Sequence record: NC_041994.1 | DNA: 64,000 bases | Strand: one strand, 5' to 3' | Part shown: in pieces, positions 28,901 through 38,045 of the stretch | Layout: each line of letters begins with the position of its first letter | Position numbering within the stretch: position 1 is the first letter of the stretch | Program-made: the position numbers and the translations under genes | Notes under the pieces: generated by a model | What the model was told of the DNA's origin: nothing | The model's input: the letters and a program-made list of their open reading frames with translations, nothing else | Databases searched by the model: none

Positions 28901-29176
28901 ATGTACTCCGTTGGGATTCTTCTGCGTTGGTCGCTGCCTGACATTTGTCGCGCCTCCATCTGGCATCTATTGCAGATGAGCCGCTGCTCCAGTTCACATT
29001 GGCCGCTACTCCATCGCGCTGCAAACCCCGCCGCAGGTGTTGAGATTACTTTCTATCGCCACGATCAACCAGCAGCCCACAGGATACACTCGGCGAAGGG
29101 CCGGGTCAGTACCCATAGAGCTGCCGGAGACGATAAAGGTGTCTCGCCTGCGCCAGGTGGTGACGTTGTAAAATAG
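28901..29176 (+). CDS. possible small or frameshifted ORF
   Basis: Strong SD gaggag but odd composition. Confidence 0.4.
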   Translation: MYSVGILLRWSLPDICRASIWHLLQMSRCSSSHWPLLHRAANPAAGVEITFYRHDQPAAHRIHSAKGRVSTHRAAGDDKGVSPAPGGDVVK

Positions 29177-29254
29177 CATCACCACCAAGTAAAGGACCCG
29201 CCTGGGTCCTTTATGCCACCTTTTATGCCGTCTCGCTTATCAGGAGTGAGTTGA

Positions 29255-30112
29255 ATGCCCCCGTCCATCAAGCGTTTCTTTACCGGTCTGAGTGACTACG
29301 TGCAGAAGGATCTGCTGTCCCTACTGCGCAGCAATGAGCACACTGTACCGACCACGAACACCGTGCCTCAAGCTGATGCATTGCTCAGCCATACCCAGGC
29401 GTTCTTCCCGGCATACGAACCTACGCCGGAAGATGATCTGATTGTCCGTAACCTCATAGAGAATGTTTCAGCTGACCCACTGAACGTCCTCGTCGGTACC
29501 ATCTACACGTTTGACAAGCACTACATGTTCTCGCAAGTCCCAGAGACACTGATCAGTGGTGATCGGCTGTCGAAGGAACTCACGGCGCGCATTAATACCT
29601 ACAGCGACAAAGACCTGCGTGACTTGCTGTTGCGCAACATGTGGGGTGATGATCGCAGTGAGTTGGTACTGCGTTTCCCATGGCTCAGCACCCGCGGTAA
29701 GCTGACACCGTACAGTCGATTGATTGCTGCCGGTGAAACACCTGAGAACGCCAAGGTGTGGTTGGGCACCATCAACGGTCTTCGCGATCTGATGGCCCGC
29801 GTGTACATCGCTGCAAACGCTCACGGTGAGTTGCTCGTCTGGGCTAACGATTACGACCGGGCGCGTTACTACTCCCGGTTCCGCAAAGACAACCTGTTCA
29901 GTGGTGTGGCCCTACCGCCTGCGCTGTACGCCGAAGTGGATAAACTGGCCGATGTGATTGATGGCCGTGGATTCAAAAAGGCGTTAGTGCTCGGCAAGTC
30001 GGATTACTCCATTGTTCGACGCGCACTGGAAAACGGGGACTGCATGTACACTGTACACCGTCATGACACCCCGATGATCAGCTTCTTCTTCGCCAACAAG
30101 CAGGCCTCTTAA
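29255..30112 (+). CDS. hypothetical protein
   Basis: SD aggag; 285 aa. Confidence 0.8.
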   Translation: MPPSIKRFFTGLSDYVQKDLLSLLRSNEHTVPTTNTVPQADALLSHTQAFFPAYEPTPEDDLIVRNLIENVSADPLNVLVGTIYTFDKHYMFSQVPETLISGDRLSKELTARINTYSDKDLRDLLLRNMWGDDRSELVLRFPWLSTRGKLTPYSRLIAAGETPENAKVWLGTINGLRDLMARVYIAANAHGELLVWANDYDRARYYSRFRKDNLFSGVALPPALYAEVDKLADVIDGRGFKKALVLGKSDYSIVRRALENGDCMYTVHRHDTPMISFFFANKQAS

Positions 30113-30145
30113 GGCCTGCGTCTATTCCCTCCAAGGAGTTACACC

Positions 30146-30655
30146 ATGCAACAGCAAGCCAACCCAAACAACGCCGCATTCACCATCCGTACCACACGTC
30201 TGTCGGATCTGGTTAACGGGATGATCGTCGACAAACGCCGCCTGGGTATTCACCCAGACCGCATCATTGATGCACTGACCCACGCCGAGCAAATCGAGGT
30301 GGCCGTTGCCATCAAAGAAACCGGTGAGTACATGGTGGTCATGGGCGCTGTTCCGTTGACCGATGCACAGCAGGTTGAGCAAAGCTACAACGACAACAAT
30401 CCAGGTCGCCCACTGGGTGCCCACTTCCAACCGCAGTTCTTGAACATGAATGGCGCCATGGGCTACAACATCAGCCTGGCGATCTTCCCGGGCGTCGGTG
30501 CTGAAGGTGTGGTGATCTCGCTGAACGCTATGCAGTACCAGGGTGTTCAACAGCTGGGTGAAACCGGTCTGGTCAACGTTATGCTGGACGTGATCAGTGG
30601 CGGCGAAGTCAACCGTGAAGTCGGCTTCAGCAACACCTACCGCGGTCGTAAGTAA
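30146..30655 (+). CDS. hypothetical protein, probably highly expressed
   Basis: SD aaggag, biased codons, UUCG terminator at 30665-30690. Confidence 0.8.
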   Translation: MQQQANPNNAAFTIRTTRLSDLVNGMIVDKRRLGIHPDRIIDALTHAEQIEVAVAIKETGEYMVVMGAVPLTDAQQVEQSYNDNNPGRPLGAHFQPQFLNMNGAMGYNISLAIFPGVGAEGVVISLNAMQYQGVQQLGETGLVNVMLDVISGGEVNREVGFSNTYRGRK

Positions 30656-30836
30656 TTAAGAGTGGAGGGCCTTCGGGCCCTCACCTCTTTTTCTTTTATG
30701 CCGTCTGCAAGGATCTACTGGGGTGATCGTTATACAGAGCTAATGCAGCAATAGGAGCAGCGACGTCTACCCGCGTGGTGACCGTCTATGCCGGCCTGTG
30801 CTGTGTCTTGTAGAAGTAAGTACCTTGGAGGGTTAC

Positions 30837-31136
30837 ATGGATATCAGAAAGGCTCAGACGTCGATTGAAGAGCTTAACGAGGTCATGGAGATGGTATCCG
30901 ACAGTTTCTATACTGTCGTTTCCTTTAACCGCGATAAAGCGATCGGTGGGTTAGTGCAACCGGGTATGTCTACCGATCAAGAGAAGGTTATTGCCAATGC
31001 CGTTAATGCAGGAGTACGGGCTACGCTTAACAGCATTGAAGAACTCGATGGGGAGATACGGTTTAAGACAAGAGGGTGTACTGCCATTTTGTCAGGTGAT
31101 CTCTGTCGAGGTATGTTTGAGGAAATAAATACATAG
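30837..31136 (+). CDS. IN-x family member (dispersed)
   Basis: AGVRATLNSIEELDG...LSGDL..GMFEEINT; SD ggaggg. Confidence 0.7.
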   Translation: MDIRKAQTSIEELNEVMEMVSDSFYTVVSFNRDKAIGGLVQPGMSTDQEKVIANAVNAGVRATLNSIEELDGEIRFKTRGCTAILSGDLCRGMFEEINT

Positions 31137-31199
31137 CCCTTTTATTGAGAGGGGGAACCTAGCCGTAAGGCGACGGAGGGGGAGAGATATGTCGTGTGA

Positions 31200-31440
31200 G
31201 GGATTTTAACAAAATCCCGAATATGCCTTGCTCTTTGCTCTATAGGCAGGGTGGGGTTGGGGACCCACCCTGCACCTACAATGCCGACGAAAAGCCAAAG
31301 CGTAGTCTTGGCTTTTTAACAAACAACAGTGAGTGGGTAGGGCACCCACTCACATCCTTTATTCTTTTATAGCGATAGCTTTAGCCACGGAATGGCATAA
31401 GAGAGACCCCAAAGGTCTCTCGGGAATATGCCGTCTTTTT
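31200..31440. repeat. array of five perfect inverted repeats in non-coding DNA
   Basis: Stems at 31200-31218, 31246-31273, 31290-31316, 31329-31353 and 31401-31421. Confidence 0.85.
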
Positions 31441-31508
31441 AACGATTCGAAGGGTTTACAGAACTACATCATGCCGGTGAACCTAACCACCCTTTAAGGG
31501 AGATTCAT

Positions 31509-31769
31509 ATGACCCGCATCATCTACAAGTTCACTAACCTGCGTCAGACCACAGGCACTGTGGGTGAAGTCACGAGTGTGATTGTTGTCGCTGAATCCCA
31601 AGGCGATGCCATCATGATGGCTGAAGAAGCCTGCTCGGACAAAGACGTGGACTTCGGTAACCCGCGTTGCTTTGAGATCACCGAACTGGGTGCAGCAGCA
31701 CCGGGTGTGGTAGAGGGCGTGCACAGCGCTGACTACTGCTGGGAACTGATCTCGTTCGAATTCGTGTAA
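31509..31769 (+). CDS. small acidic protein
   Basis: SD aaggga. Confidence 0.75.
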   Translation: MTRIIYKFTNLRQTTGTVGEVTSVIVVAESQGDAIMMAEEACSDKDVDFGNPRCFEITELGAAAPGVVEGVHSADYCWELISFEFV

Positions 31770-31803
31770 CCTTTCCTCATCTACTAATATCAAGGATTCC
31801 GCC

Positions 31804-32706
31804 ATGCAATTTGCAAACCTGAATATCGCTGATCTGCGTTGGGCTATGGGCGCTGTACGCGGTAACGAAGAGATCCTGACTCAATACGTATTGGCTGGTC
31901 TGCTTAACGTTCACCTGCGCAGTGTGCCTATGTCGATTGTGCATCGTGAACAGCGTGAGTTGAAGTACACCTACCCGATCCTGCGCTTTGATGTTTACCC
32001 GGACGTACGTAAGCCATCCATGGGACGTGAGTACACCCACTGGATGGTTGCACCTGTTATCGACCAGCCAAGCGTCAAGCAGGAACGCATTGTGATCCAC
32101 AATCGTGAATCCGATACGCTGTCAGTCGTGCTCAACATCGGTTACACCGAGCCACCTAAAGTGGAAGAGCCGCCGGTAGAAGAACGTCAGGATAGCCGTC
32201 GTGATACCTACGGCGAACGAAGCCACTTCTTCAAGTCGAACAATATCGACATGAGTTGGGGCACTACATGGACTGAAGTGGCGCGTATGCAGGTGGAGCT
32301 CATGCGTCTGTGGGCTGAAGCGTTCCCGGGTCAATCCTATCGCACAGCGCGGTTCCAGGAAGGGGCTGTCGTGATCGCGAGTCGTGACCTGCGTTGCGAA
32401 CAATGGCCACAGGTACCGATGTATCGTGTTGTGGCGCAAGTGCAGCCATTCATCAACGATGGTCGTGGTTCAGGTGATACCGGGTTGGTAGATACCATCA
32501 TCCAGCCGCTGGGTCACATGTTTGGCGGTTCGCCGTCCTACGTACACAGCGGCAACCTGTTGACCCTCAACCAGTACGAAGCGCGTCTGGTTGAACCAGC
32601 CTCGTCTGTGTTCAATGGTCCGCGTGGTGACTACGAACCTTCCAGCTTCATCGTGGAAGAAGTCATCAAGAAGGTCCCTGACTCCGTACGCGAACTGTTC
32701 CGCTGA
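31804..32706 (+). CDS. hypothetical protein, paralogue A of a tandem pair
   Basis: YVLAGLLN, WAEAFP, YRVV and DTIIQPL are shared with the next gene. Confidence 0.8.
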   Translation: MQFANLNIADLRWAMGAVRGNEEILTQYVLAGLLNVHLRSVPMSIVHREQRELKYTYPILRFDVYPDVRKPSMGREYTHWMVAPVIDQPSVKQERIVIHNRESDTLSVVLNIGYTEPPKVEEPPVEERQDSRRDTYGERSHFFKSNNIDMSWGTTWTEVARMQVELMRLWAEAFPGQSYRTARFQEGAVVIASRDLRCEQWPQVPMYRVVAQVQPFINDGRGSGDTGLVDTIIQPLGHMFGGSPSYVHSGNLLTLNQYEARLVEPASSVFNGPRGDYEPSSFIVEEVIKKVPDSVRELFR

Positions 32707-32743
32707 TTGCTCCTCACCTCACTTTTTAAAGCAAGGACTAACC

Positions 32744-33574
32744 ATGCAAAATACATTGTTTACCGCTGAAGACATCCGTTCGACCTTGGGTCGTGTTAAC
32801 GAGCCTGAAGTACTGTTCGCCTATGTGCTGGCAGCATTGCTCAATGACCGACTGAAGATGTCGGAGATGCATCTGGAGCACAAGCCTTCACGTAACGCTG
32901 AACCGGTCTCCTATGCGATTGTGCGCTTCGGTGTCGAGCGTCAGAAGGAAAGCCTCCCACCACACACCCGGCCGGGCTTTAAACTGACGGCATACGTGGA
33001 CGAACCAAACCTCGGGTACGAGTTTCACCCGGTCAACCAGAACCCAGCACGGACTTCGCCGGGCACGCTGTATATGTCGAACATCGGGTTTAAGGTCGAT
33101 GCTCAGCATAATACGCATAGCTGGTGGTCACTGGCAGTCAACGAACACGATTGGTTAGAAGTGCTGGGGTTGTTTGCGAGCCTGCAAGCAGATTGGGCAG
33201 AAGCGTTCCCGGCGCTTGACCTGTCTACTCGGGTATTCGAACCAGGACAAGTGGTTTACTGGAGCCGTAGCACCAACTCCGATATGTTCCCAACTATCCA
33301 ACAGTACCGCGTGGTGACACAATCAGAACTGCGGCCTATTGGCATGCATAATGAAGCCGTGGATACGTTGATCCAACCACTGGCCGTGCTGTTCGGAAAC
33401 AGTAACCAAGTCATCCCTGTGCACAGCCGTGCGTTGATGACCGAAGGTGAATTCCTCAAAAGCATGGCCCTTAGTCCGAGTGGTTTTGCGGGTCCACAGC
33501 GGCACGAAGCTACACCGTGGTTCGAAAAAGAGGTCATTGCTAAAATGACCCCCGATCTGATCCGCGCCTACTAA
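32744..33574 (+). CDS. hypothetical protein, paralogue B of a tandem pair
   Basis: YVLAALLN, WAEAFP, YRVV and DTLIQPL. Confidence 0.8.
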   Translation: MQNTLFTAEDIRSTLGRVNEPEVLFAYVLAALLNDRLKMSEMHLEHKPSRNAEPVSYAIVRFGVERQKESLPPHTRPGFKLTAYVDEPNLGYEFHPVNQNPARTSPGTLYMSNIGFKVDAQHNTHSWWSLAVNEHDWLEVLGLFASLQADWAEAFPALDLSTRVFEPGQVVYWSRSTNSDMFPTIQQYRVVTQSELRPIGMHNEAVDTLIQPLAVLFGNSNQVIPVHSRALMTEGEFLKSMALSPSGFAGPQRHEATPWFEKEVIAKMTPDLIRAY

Positions 33575-33583
33575 GGAGCGATT

Positions 33584-33865
33584 ATGTTTCTGTATCGGAT
33601 CTACGACAACACCCGGGAGTATAGCTTCCGGGGTGGTATTCGTGCGGCGATCATTGCAGCTGAATCGGAAGAGGAAGCACGTAATGTGGTTATCGAGGAC
33701 GACAAGCACGGTGAGCATGTTCAACTGAACACGCCGGACTATACGTCTGAACTGCTCGGCTTTTGCTCCACTGTTAAAGCAGGGGTGGTCTTGGTTGATT
33801 ATGACTACGACTACCTCGAAGTGACTTACGACTGGCACAAAGAGTGCCCCACTGACAACGACTGA
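33584..33865 (+). CDS. small acidic protein
   Basis: AAIIAAESEEEARNV resembles the VVAESQGDAIMMA segment of 31509-31769. Confidence 0.7.
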   Translation: MFLYRIYDNTREYSFRGGIRAAIIAAESEEEARNVVIEDDKHGEHVQLNTPDYTSELLGFCSTVKAGVVLVDYDYDYLEVTYDWHKECPTDND

Positions 33866-33909
33866 TGCTAGACATCTAAGGCAAGCCAACTTCATACAGA
33901 GAGCGTCCC

Positions 33910-34782
33910 ATGCCACATACTTCTCGTTTTGGTAGTGCGACATTGAATCAAGAACACTTCGACAGTCCGCAACTGGGGGACGGATGGCAGGAGCAATTCT
34001 GTTATCACTTCATCGTTGTGGATGTGTTGAACAACGGCAACATCGTTATCGTTCCTGTTCATCGCGAGGGGCAGGGTCAGGTGGCTCAGTACGACAAAGC
34101 GTACGAGATCACCAAAACCCAGTTCCATGACGAGGTGTATTACCGTCACGGTTTCATGCGTAACACTTTCCTGTTGGATGTTGTACCAGGTCATCGCGAG
34201 ATTGCCGCAGCCTGGAAGGAGCAATACCAAGGACAGTACTTGGCGGTGACCCAACCCGTTGCGAATCCCGTTGTAGTGTGTGGGTTTCGTGGCGTGGGAA
34301 AGTCTCAGGTGACAAACCTGTGCCATGGCGAGAAGAAAGCATTGGACGTTTCCACTGGTGGTGATATCGACTACTACGTGCAACTGGTGACCAAACCACC
34401 CGCGGGATTGGACATCTTGTTGTTGCCCGCAGATCCGATTGTGATGGCTGCATTAACACACTCGGGTGTTCGGTATCACATGGTGTATCCTCACGCTAGT
34501 TTGTGCAGTGCGTATTTGCACCGCATACACCGGCGTGGGGCTACGGCCGCTGATGTGCATCGCTTTAAAGCAGGATGGGTTGACGCCGTGCATGACTGTC
34601 ATTACCAACCTGGCTGCGTGCATTGGCAACTTCACGACAAACAATACCTAGTCGATGTGCTGCCCAAGATTATCCACATGGAACACTTAGATGACCATGT
34701 GTGGGACGCACTCGAAAAGAAGGTGCTTCGTTTGGTTAAACCAGTTGAACTGGAAAAACCGACGTTGACCGCAACGGTATGA
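33910..34782 (+). CDS. P-loop (kinase-like) domain fused to an unknown N-terminal domain
   Basis: CGFRGVGKS Walker A; ILLLP...MVYP...Y..R..RRG. Confidence 0.7.
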   Translation: MPHTSRFGSATLNQEHFDSPQLGDGWQEQFCYHFIVVDVLNNGNIVIVPVHREGQGQVAQYDKAYEITKTQFHDEVYYRHGFMRNTFLLDVVPGHREIAAAWKEQYQGQYLAVTQPVANPVVVCGFRGVGKSQVTNLCHGEKKALDVSTGGDIDYYVQLVTKPPAGLDILLLPADPIVMAALTHSGVRYHMVYPHASLCSAYLHRIHRRGATAADVHRFKAGWVDAVHDCHYQPGCVHWQLHDKQYLVDVLPKIIHMEHLDDHVWDALEKKVLRLVKPVELEKPTLTATV

Positions 34783-34813
34783 GCTAACCCCTCTTTGCAA
34801 GGAACCAAAGAAA

Positions 34814-35200
34814 ATGGCAACTTTTCAAGTCACCTCGCGTGACCGCAAACACCACAGCGCCTCGGCTTCCGTGCGGGAATTCCAGAGCCGTGATCGTACA
34901 CAACGCGACCCGTCGGCACACCCTGTTCAAGTGCGCGACTTCGAAGCCATCCGTACCCAGCGTGGTTCGATGGCAGAACCAGCGGCCCCTAGCCACCCGG
35001 TAACACAGGAGCCGATCGAGTACAAAGAGGTTCAGCTCAACAAACGTTACGTGTCCAAACGGGTTGGCAAAACGATCATTGCCTATCCTGTGGATGTAAA
35101 GAAAGGCAAGGTCATCTTGAAACGTGACCTCGAAGCGAAGGATAGCTACACCGAATCCCGAGCTGTCTTCGACAAGTACTTCGTGCTTGACGAGGTGTAA
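34814..35200 (+). CDS. basic hypothetical protein
   Basis: Arg/Lys-rich; internal near-repeat VREFQSRDRTQR / VRDFEAIRTQR. Confidence 0.75.
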   Translation: MATFQVTSRDRKHHSASASVREFQSRDRTQRDPSAHPVQVRDFEAIRTQRGSMAEPAAPSHPVTQEPIEYKEVQLNKRYVSKRVGKTIIAYPVDVKKGKVILKRDLEAKDSYTESRAVFDKYFVLDEV

Positions 35201-35203
35201 TGG

Positions 35204-35464
35204 GTGAGATTGGTTAAGTCGTGCCGCCTCCTTAGAAAGAGGCTACTTAACCGTTGGCAATACTGGCGCCTGCTGACTGAGGTTGAAAAAGCAGGCGGTG
35301 CTGTTGTCAACAAGGTAGCCACCTGCACACAGTGTACCCCCGAAACGATGTGCTGCCCGGGTCATCACTGCGAACACTCAACCGCCATGCAACAGTACAC
35401 ATGGCGGTTGCGTTTGCTGGATAACGAATACTGGCGGATTAAATTATCTGGAGCTAACCCATGA
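35204..35464 (+). CDS. small Cys/His-rich protein
   Basis: CTQC...CCPGHHC. Confidence 0.6.
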   Translation: MRLVKSCRLLRKRLLNRWQYWRLLTEVEKAGGAVVNKVATCTQCTPETMCCPGHHCEHSTAMQQYTWRLRLLDNEYWRIKLSGANP

Positions 35465-35853
35465 ACGATGATGATGTTGTAACCATCGACCCCGAATTGG
35501 AAATGGAAGATCGCGAAGAAGAGGATGAGGACGACACGCCCGTGGCGGTCCAACGCATCCAAGACCTTCAGCGTGAGTTCATCCACTCTGTGCAAATGGT
35601 GATGGAACCTTTGGTCGTGGCCAACCCTGAACACCGGGGTTCGATCGAGGCCACAGCCGAAGGCATCCTGCAAGTGATTGAAGGCAACGGCAGCGACGAG
35701 GGCTACGTTCTCGTTAAACGTGACGATGCCAATTTCGCCATGGTCCCTTGCGTGAAGGAAGTCTACGAAGAACACCTGCGTGATTTCGTGGATGCCACCG
35801 GTCTGGACATCTCCGTAGGTCTCACCTCGATGTTCGACGACGTCAATAACTGA
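35461..35853 (+). CDS. IN-x family member with acidic N-terminus
   Basis: GILQVIEG...GYVLV...DISVGLTSMFDDVNN. Confidence 0.8.
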   Translation: MNDDDVVTIDPELEMEDREEEDEDDTPVAVQRIQDLQREFIHSVQMVMEPLVVANPEHRGSIEATAEGILQVIEGNGSDEGYVLVKRDDANFAMVPCVKEVYEEHLRDFVDATGLDISVGLTSMFDDVNN

Positions 35854-35909
35854 CGGCATACGGCCCGCTCCTCACGGGGCGGGCTTATGTCCCCTTTAAG
35901 GAGAAAGAA

Positions 35910-36662
35910 GTGTTTAAACGGTTAGTGATAGAGAAGCGACACAGTCGACTGGGCAATGAAGAAAAGTTGCTCGCACTACACGCTATGGAACTCGACATCC
36001 CCGTGGTTACCACCGTCGAGAAAACCGTAGCCCGCGGTCATTTCAAGTTTCGCCCAGATGACCTCGTAGCCGGTAGCGTTGGCTTCATGCACCACGCCAT
36101 GCGTAACTTTGGCATTCAGGTTCACCACAACCATCCGTACCCAGAAGTGCTGGCTGAGTTCATGCATCGCAAAGTGCTGCCAATCCACAGCATCTATGCC
36201 CTGCGCAAGTACTTCATCCAGGGTGGGCGACCAGTGTTCGTCAAACCATTACAGACCAAGAAGTTCACCGGGTTTGTGGCGGATAACATTGGTGATCCTC
36301 GTTTCAATGGCGCTGGTAACCAAACCGAGATCATCGTGGTGGAGCCAGTGAACTTTGTTCACGAATGGCGGATCTACATTGTCAATGGCTGGATGACGCA
36401 GATCTCTGACGTCCCCGGTGGCAAGACAGGCTGCTTCCCTAACCCGGCGTTTGTCGGCGGAATGGTCGCACGTCTTAACAAGGCCAACATCGAACATGTC
36501 CCAGCTGCTTACTCGTTGGACATCGGTGTGTTGGATACTGGTCAAGTGGCCTTGGTCGAAATCAATGATGCTTACTCCCTCGGGGCGTATGGCGATATCA
36601 CCGCAGCCAAGTACTGGGAAGTGATTGGTACCCGGTGGAAACAACTCATGGAGAACAAGTAA
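35910..36662 (+). CDS. ATP-grasp domain protein (DUF4343/R2K-like)
   Basis: PVFVKP, EWRIYIVNG, YSLDIG and LVEIN. Confidence 0.8.
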   Translation: MFKRLVIEKRHSRLGNEEKLLALHAMELDIPVVTTVEKTVARGHFKFRPDDLVAGSVGFMHHAMRNFGIQVHHNHPYPEVLAEFMHRKVLPIHSIYALRKYFIQGGRPVFVKPLQTKKFTGFVADNIGDPRFNGAGNQTEIIVVEPVNFVHEWRIYIVNGWMTQISDVPGGKTGCFPNPAFVGGMVARLNKANIEHVPAAYSLDIGVLDTGQVALVEINDAYSLGAYGDITAAKYWEVIGTRWKQLMENK

Positions 36663-37372
36663 TGTCAACCAGTGTTTACCCAGTGGTGGGTCGGGTTCGT
36701 CCCGACTTCCAGGGACAGCTTGAACTCACTACGATCATGCCGAATGGTGAGCACATCAAATCACCACTGCCACCGCCGGGTGAGCCAAGCCCTCCTGATA
36801 TCCAGCAGGTGGTGCAAGACCCACCTGCTTTCTTGGGGGTGAAAGAACCTGAACCGGCGGACTTCATTTTCTCTTATCCGGATAACGGGTACCAACCGGA
36901 GCACCCGCAGAACGTACTGACCCACATGTACGACAACTACCCGCTGTTCTCGTGGTTGTGTAACATCCGTGGCGATACCCGTCCTCGCGGTGACTACGTA
37001 TTGCGTCAGGCACGAACCACAGCGTTTATCGACTGGATCGGTAATACGCCGGGTGTGACATACGTGGACTTCGCACCCCACCGTCAGAAGCATTACAAAG
37101 ACACGTTGCGTGAACATTACTTCGATGGCTACGGCAACGAGATCATGTTCACGATCGACGAGCTGTTGGAGTTCAACTACGACACGGTAGCTTACGTAGA
37201 AGACGGGTATGACGGCGACGATCCCAAGTACGTGCCACACCCTGAACTCAAGACGTGGCGTGAGCTGTTCCACGGTAAGCCAAACCGGGTCACCAAGTCA
37301 GATGGTTACTTCGAGTTCTTGACTGAAGCCAAGGCCAAGGGTTGGACGTTTGTGATCTTCTGTTTCGATTAA
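36662..37372 (+). CDS. hypothetical protein
   Basis: TAATG coupling to the ATP-grasp gene; NYPLFSWLCNIRG...PRG motif. Confidence 0.75.
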   Translation: MSTSVYPVVGRVRPDFQGQLELTTIMPNGEHIKSPLPPPGEPSPPDIQQVVQDPPAFLGVKEPEPADFIFSYPDNGYQPEHPQNVLTHMYDNYPLFSWLCNIRGDTRPRGDYVLRQARTTAFIDWIGNTPGVTYVDFAPHRQKHYKDTLREHYFDGYGNEIMFTIDELLEFNYDTVAYVEDGYDGDDPKYVPHPELKTWRELFHGKPNRVTKSDGYFEFLTEAKAKGWTFVIFCFD

Positions 37373-37470
37373 AGGCATAAGCCCCCCTCTTGCAAAAGAG
37401 GGGTTTGGCTTGGCAACGTTTTACCTGATGGTATGTTGCTGTAAACAAATGGACTTTCAGGTGGAACCCC

Positions 37471-37956
37471 ATGAGTCAAAAGATTTCAGGTTTTCCCATA
37501 CTCAGCATCCTCTCTGGAGAAATCTGGATTGAATGTATCCAACGCCCTAACGAAAACGTCGTGTGGGAACACCGGCGTTTCAGCCCTGACTTATTCAATG
37601 GTGCGTCTGCCTATGAAGTGGCTGTGGCTAATGGCTTTGAAGGAACAGTGGATGAATGGCTGGCAAGCCTGATCCCCACTATTTCTTTTCCTGCTCTTAA
37701 AGTCGGTGTGGTCACCACGCCTAAACTAGAACTTGATGTTAACGGTCTTGCCCGGTTACCGTCTAAGCCCTACGGTGATTTCATCCTTGATATGGCCCAC
37801 GTCTATTATGCTGACGGTAGCTTTGTAGAAGTTACTGGTTGCACAAAAGAAGAGTTTGCAGGGTCCTCTTTCATCAAAATTCCAACTGATGATTGGCTCA
37901 TCTTAAAAGATGACGTCGTCAGCATCGTGGTCTCCTACTTAGGAGATCTCGCCTAA
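37471..37956 (+). CDS. probable virion/tail-associated protein
   Basis: GASAYEVAVANGFEGTVDEWLASL motif typical of phage tail/minor structural proteins; TATG at 37432. Confidence 0.65.
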   Translation: MSQKISGFPILSILSGEIWIECIQRPNENVVWEHRRFSPDLFNGASAYEVAVANGFEGTVDEWLASLIPTISFPALKVGVVTTPKLELDVNGLARLPSKPYGDFILDMAHVYYADGSFVEVTGCTKEEFAGSSFIKIPTDDWLILKDDVVSIVVSYLGDLA

Positions 37957-38045
37957 GCATACCGCTCCATTTTATGTGACCATTGTATTTTTTTCCTTTG
38001 GAAGAAAAGTGATCAATGCGCACGTTAACATGGAGTACCTGTCAC

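Noticed and set aside
31200-31440. CRISPR array or tRNA cluster
   Set aside because: The hairpins differ in sequence (no direct repeats or spacers) and show no cloverleaf or T-loop motif.
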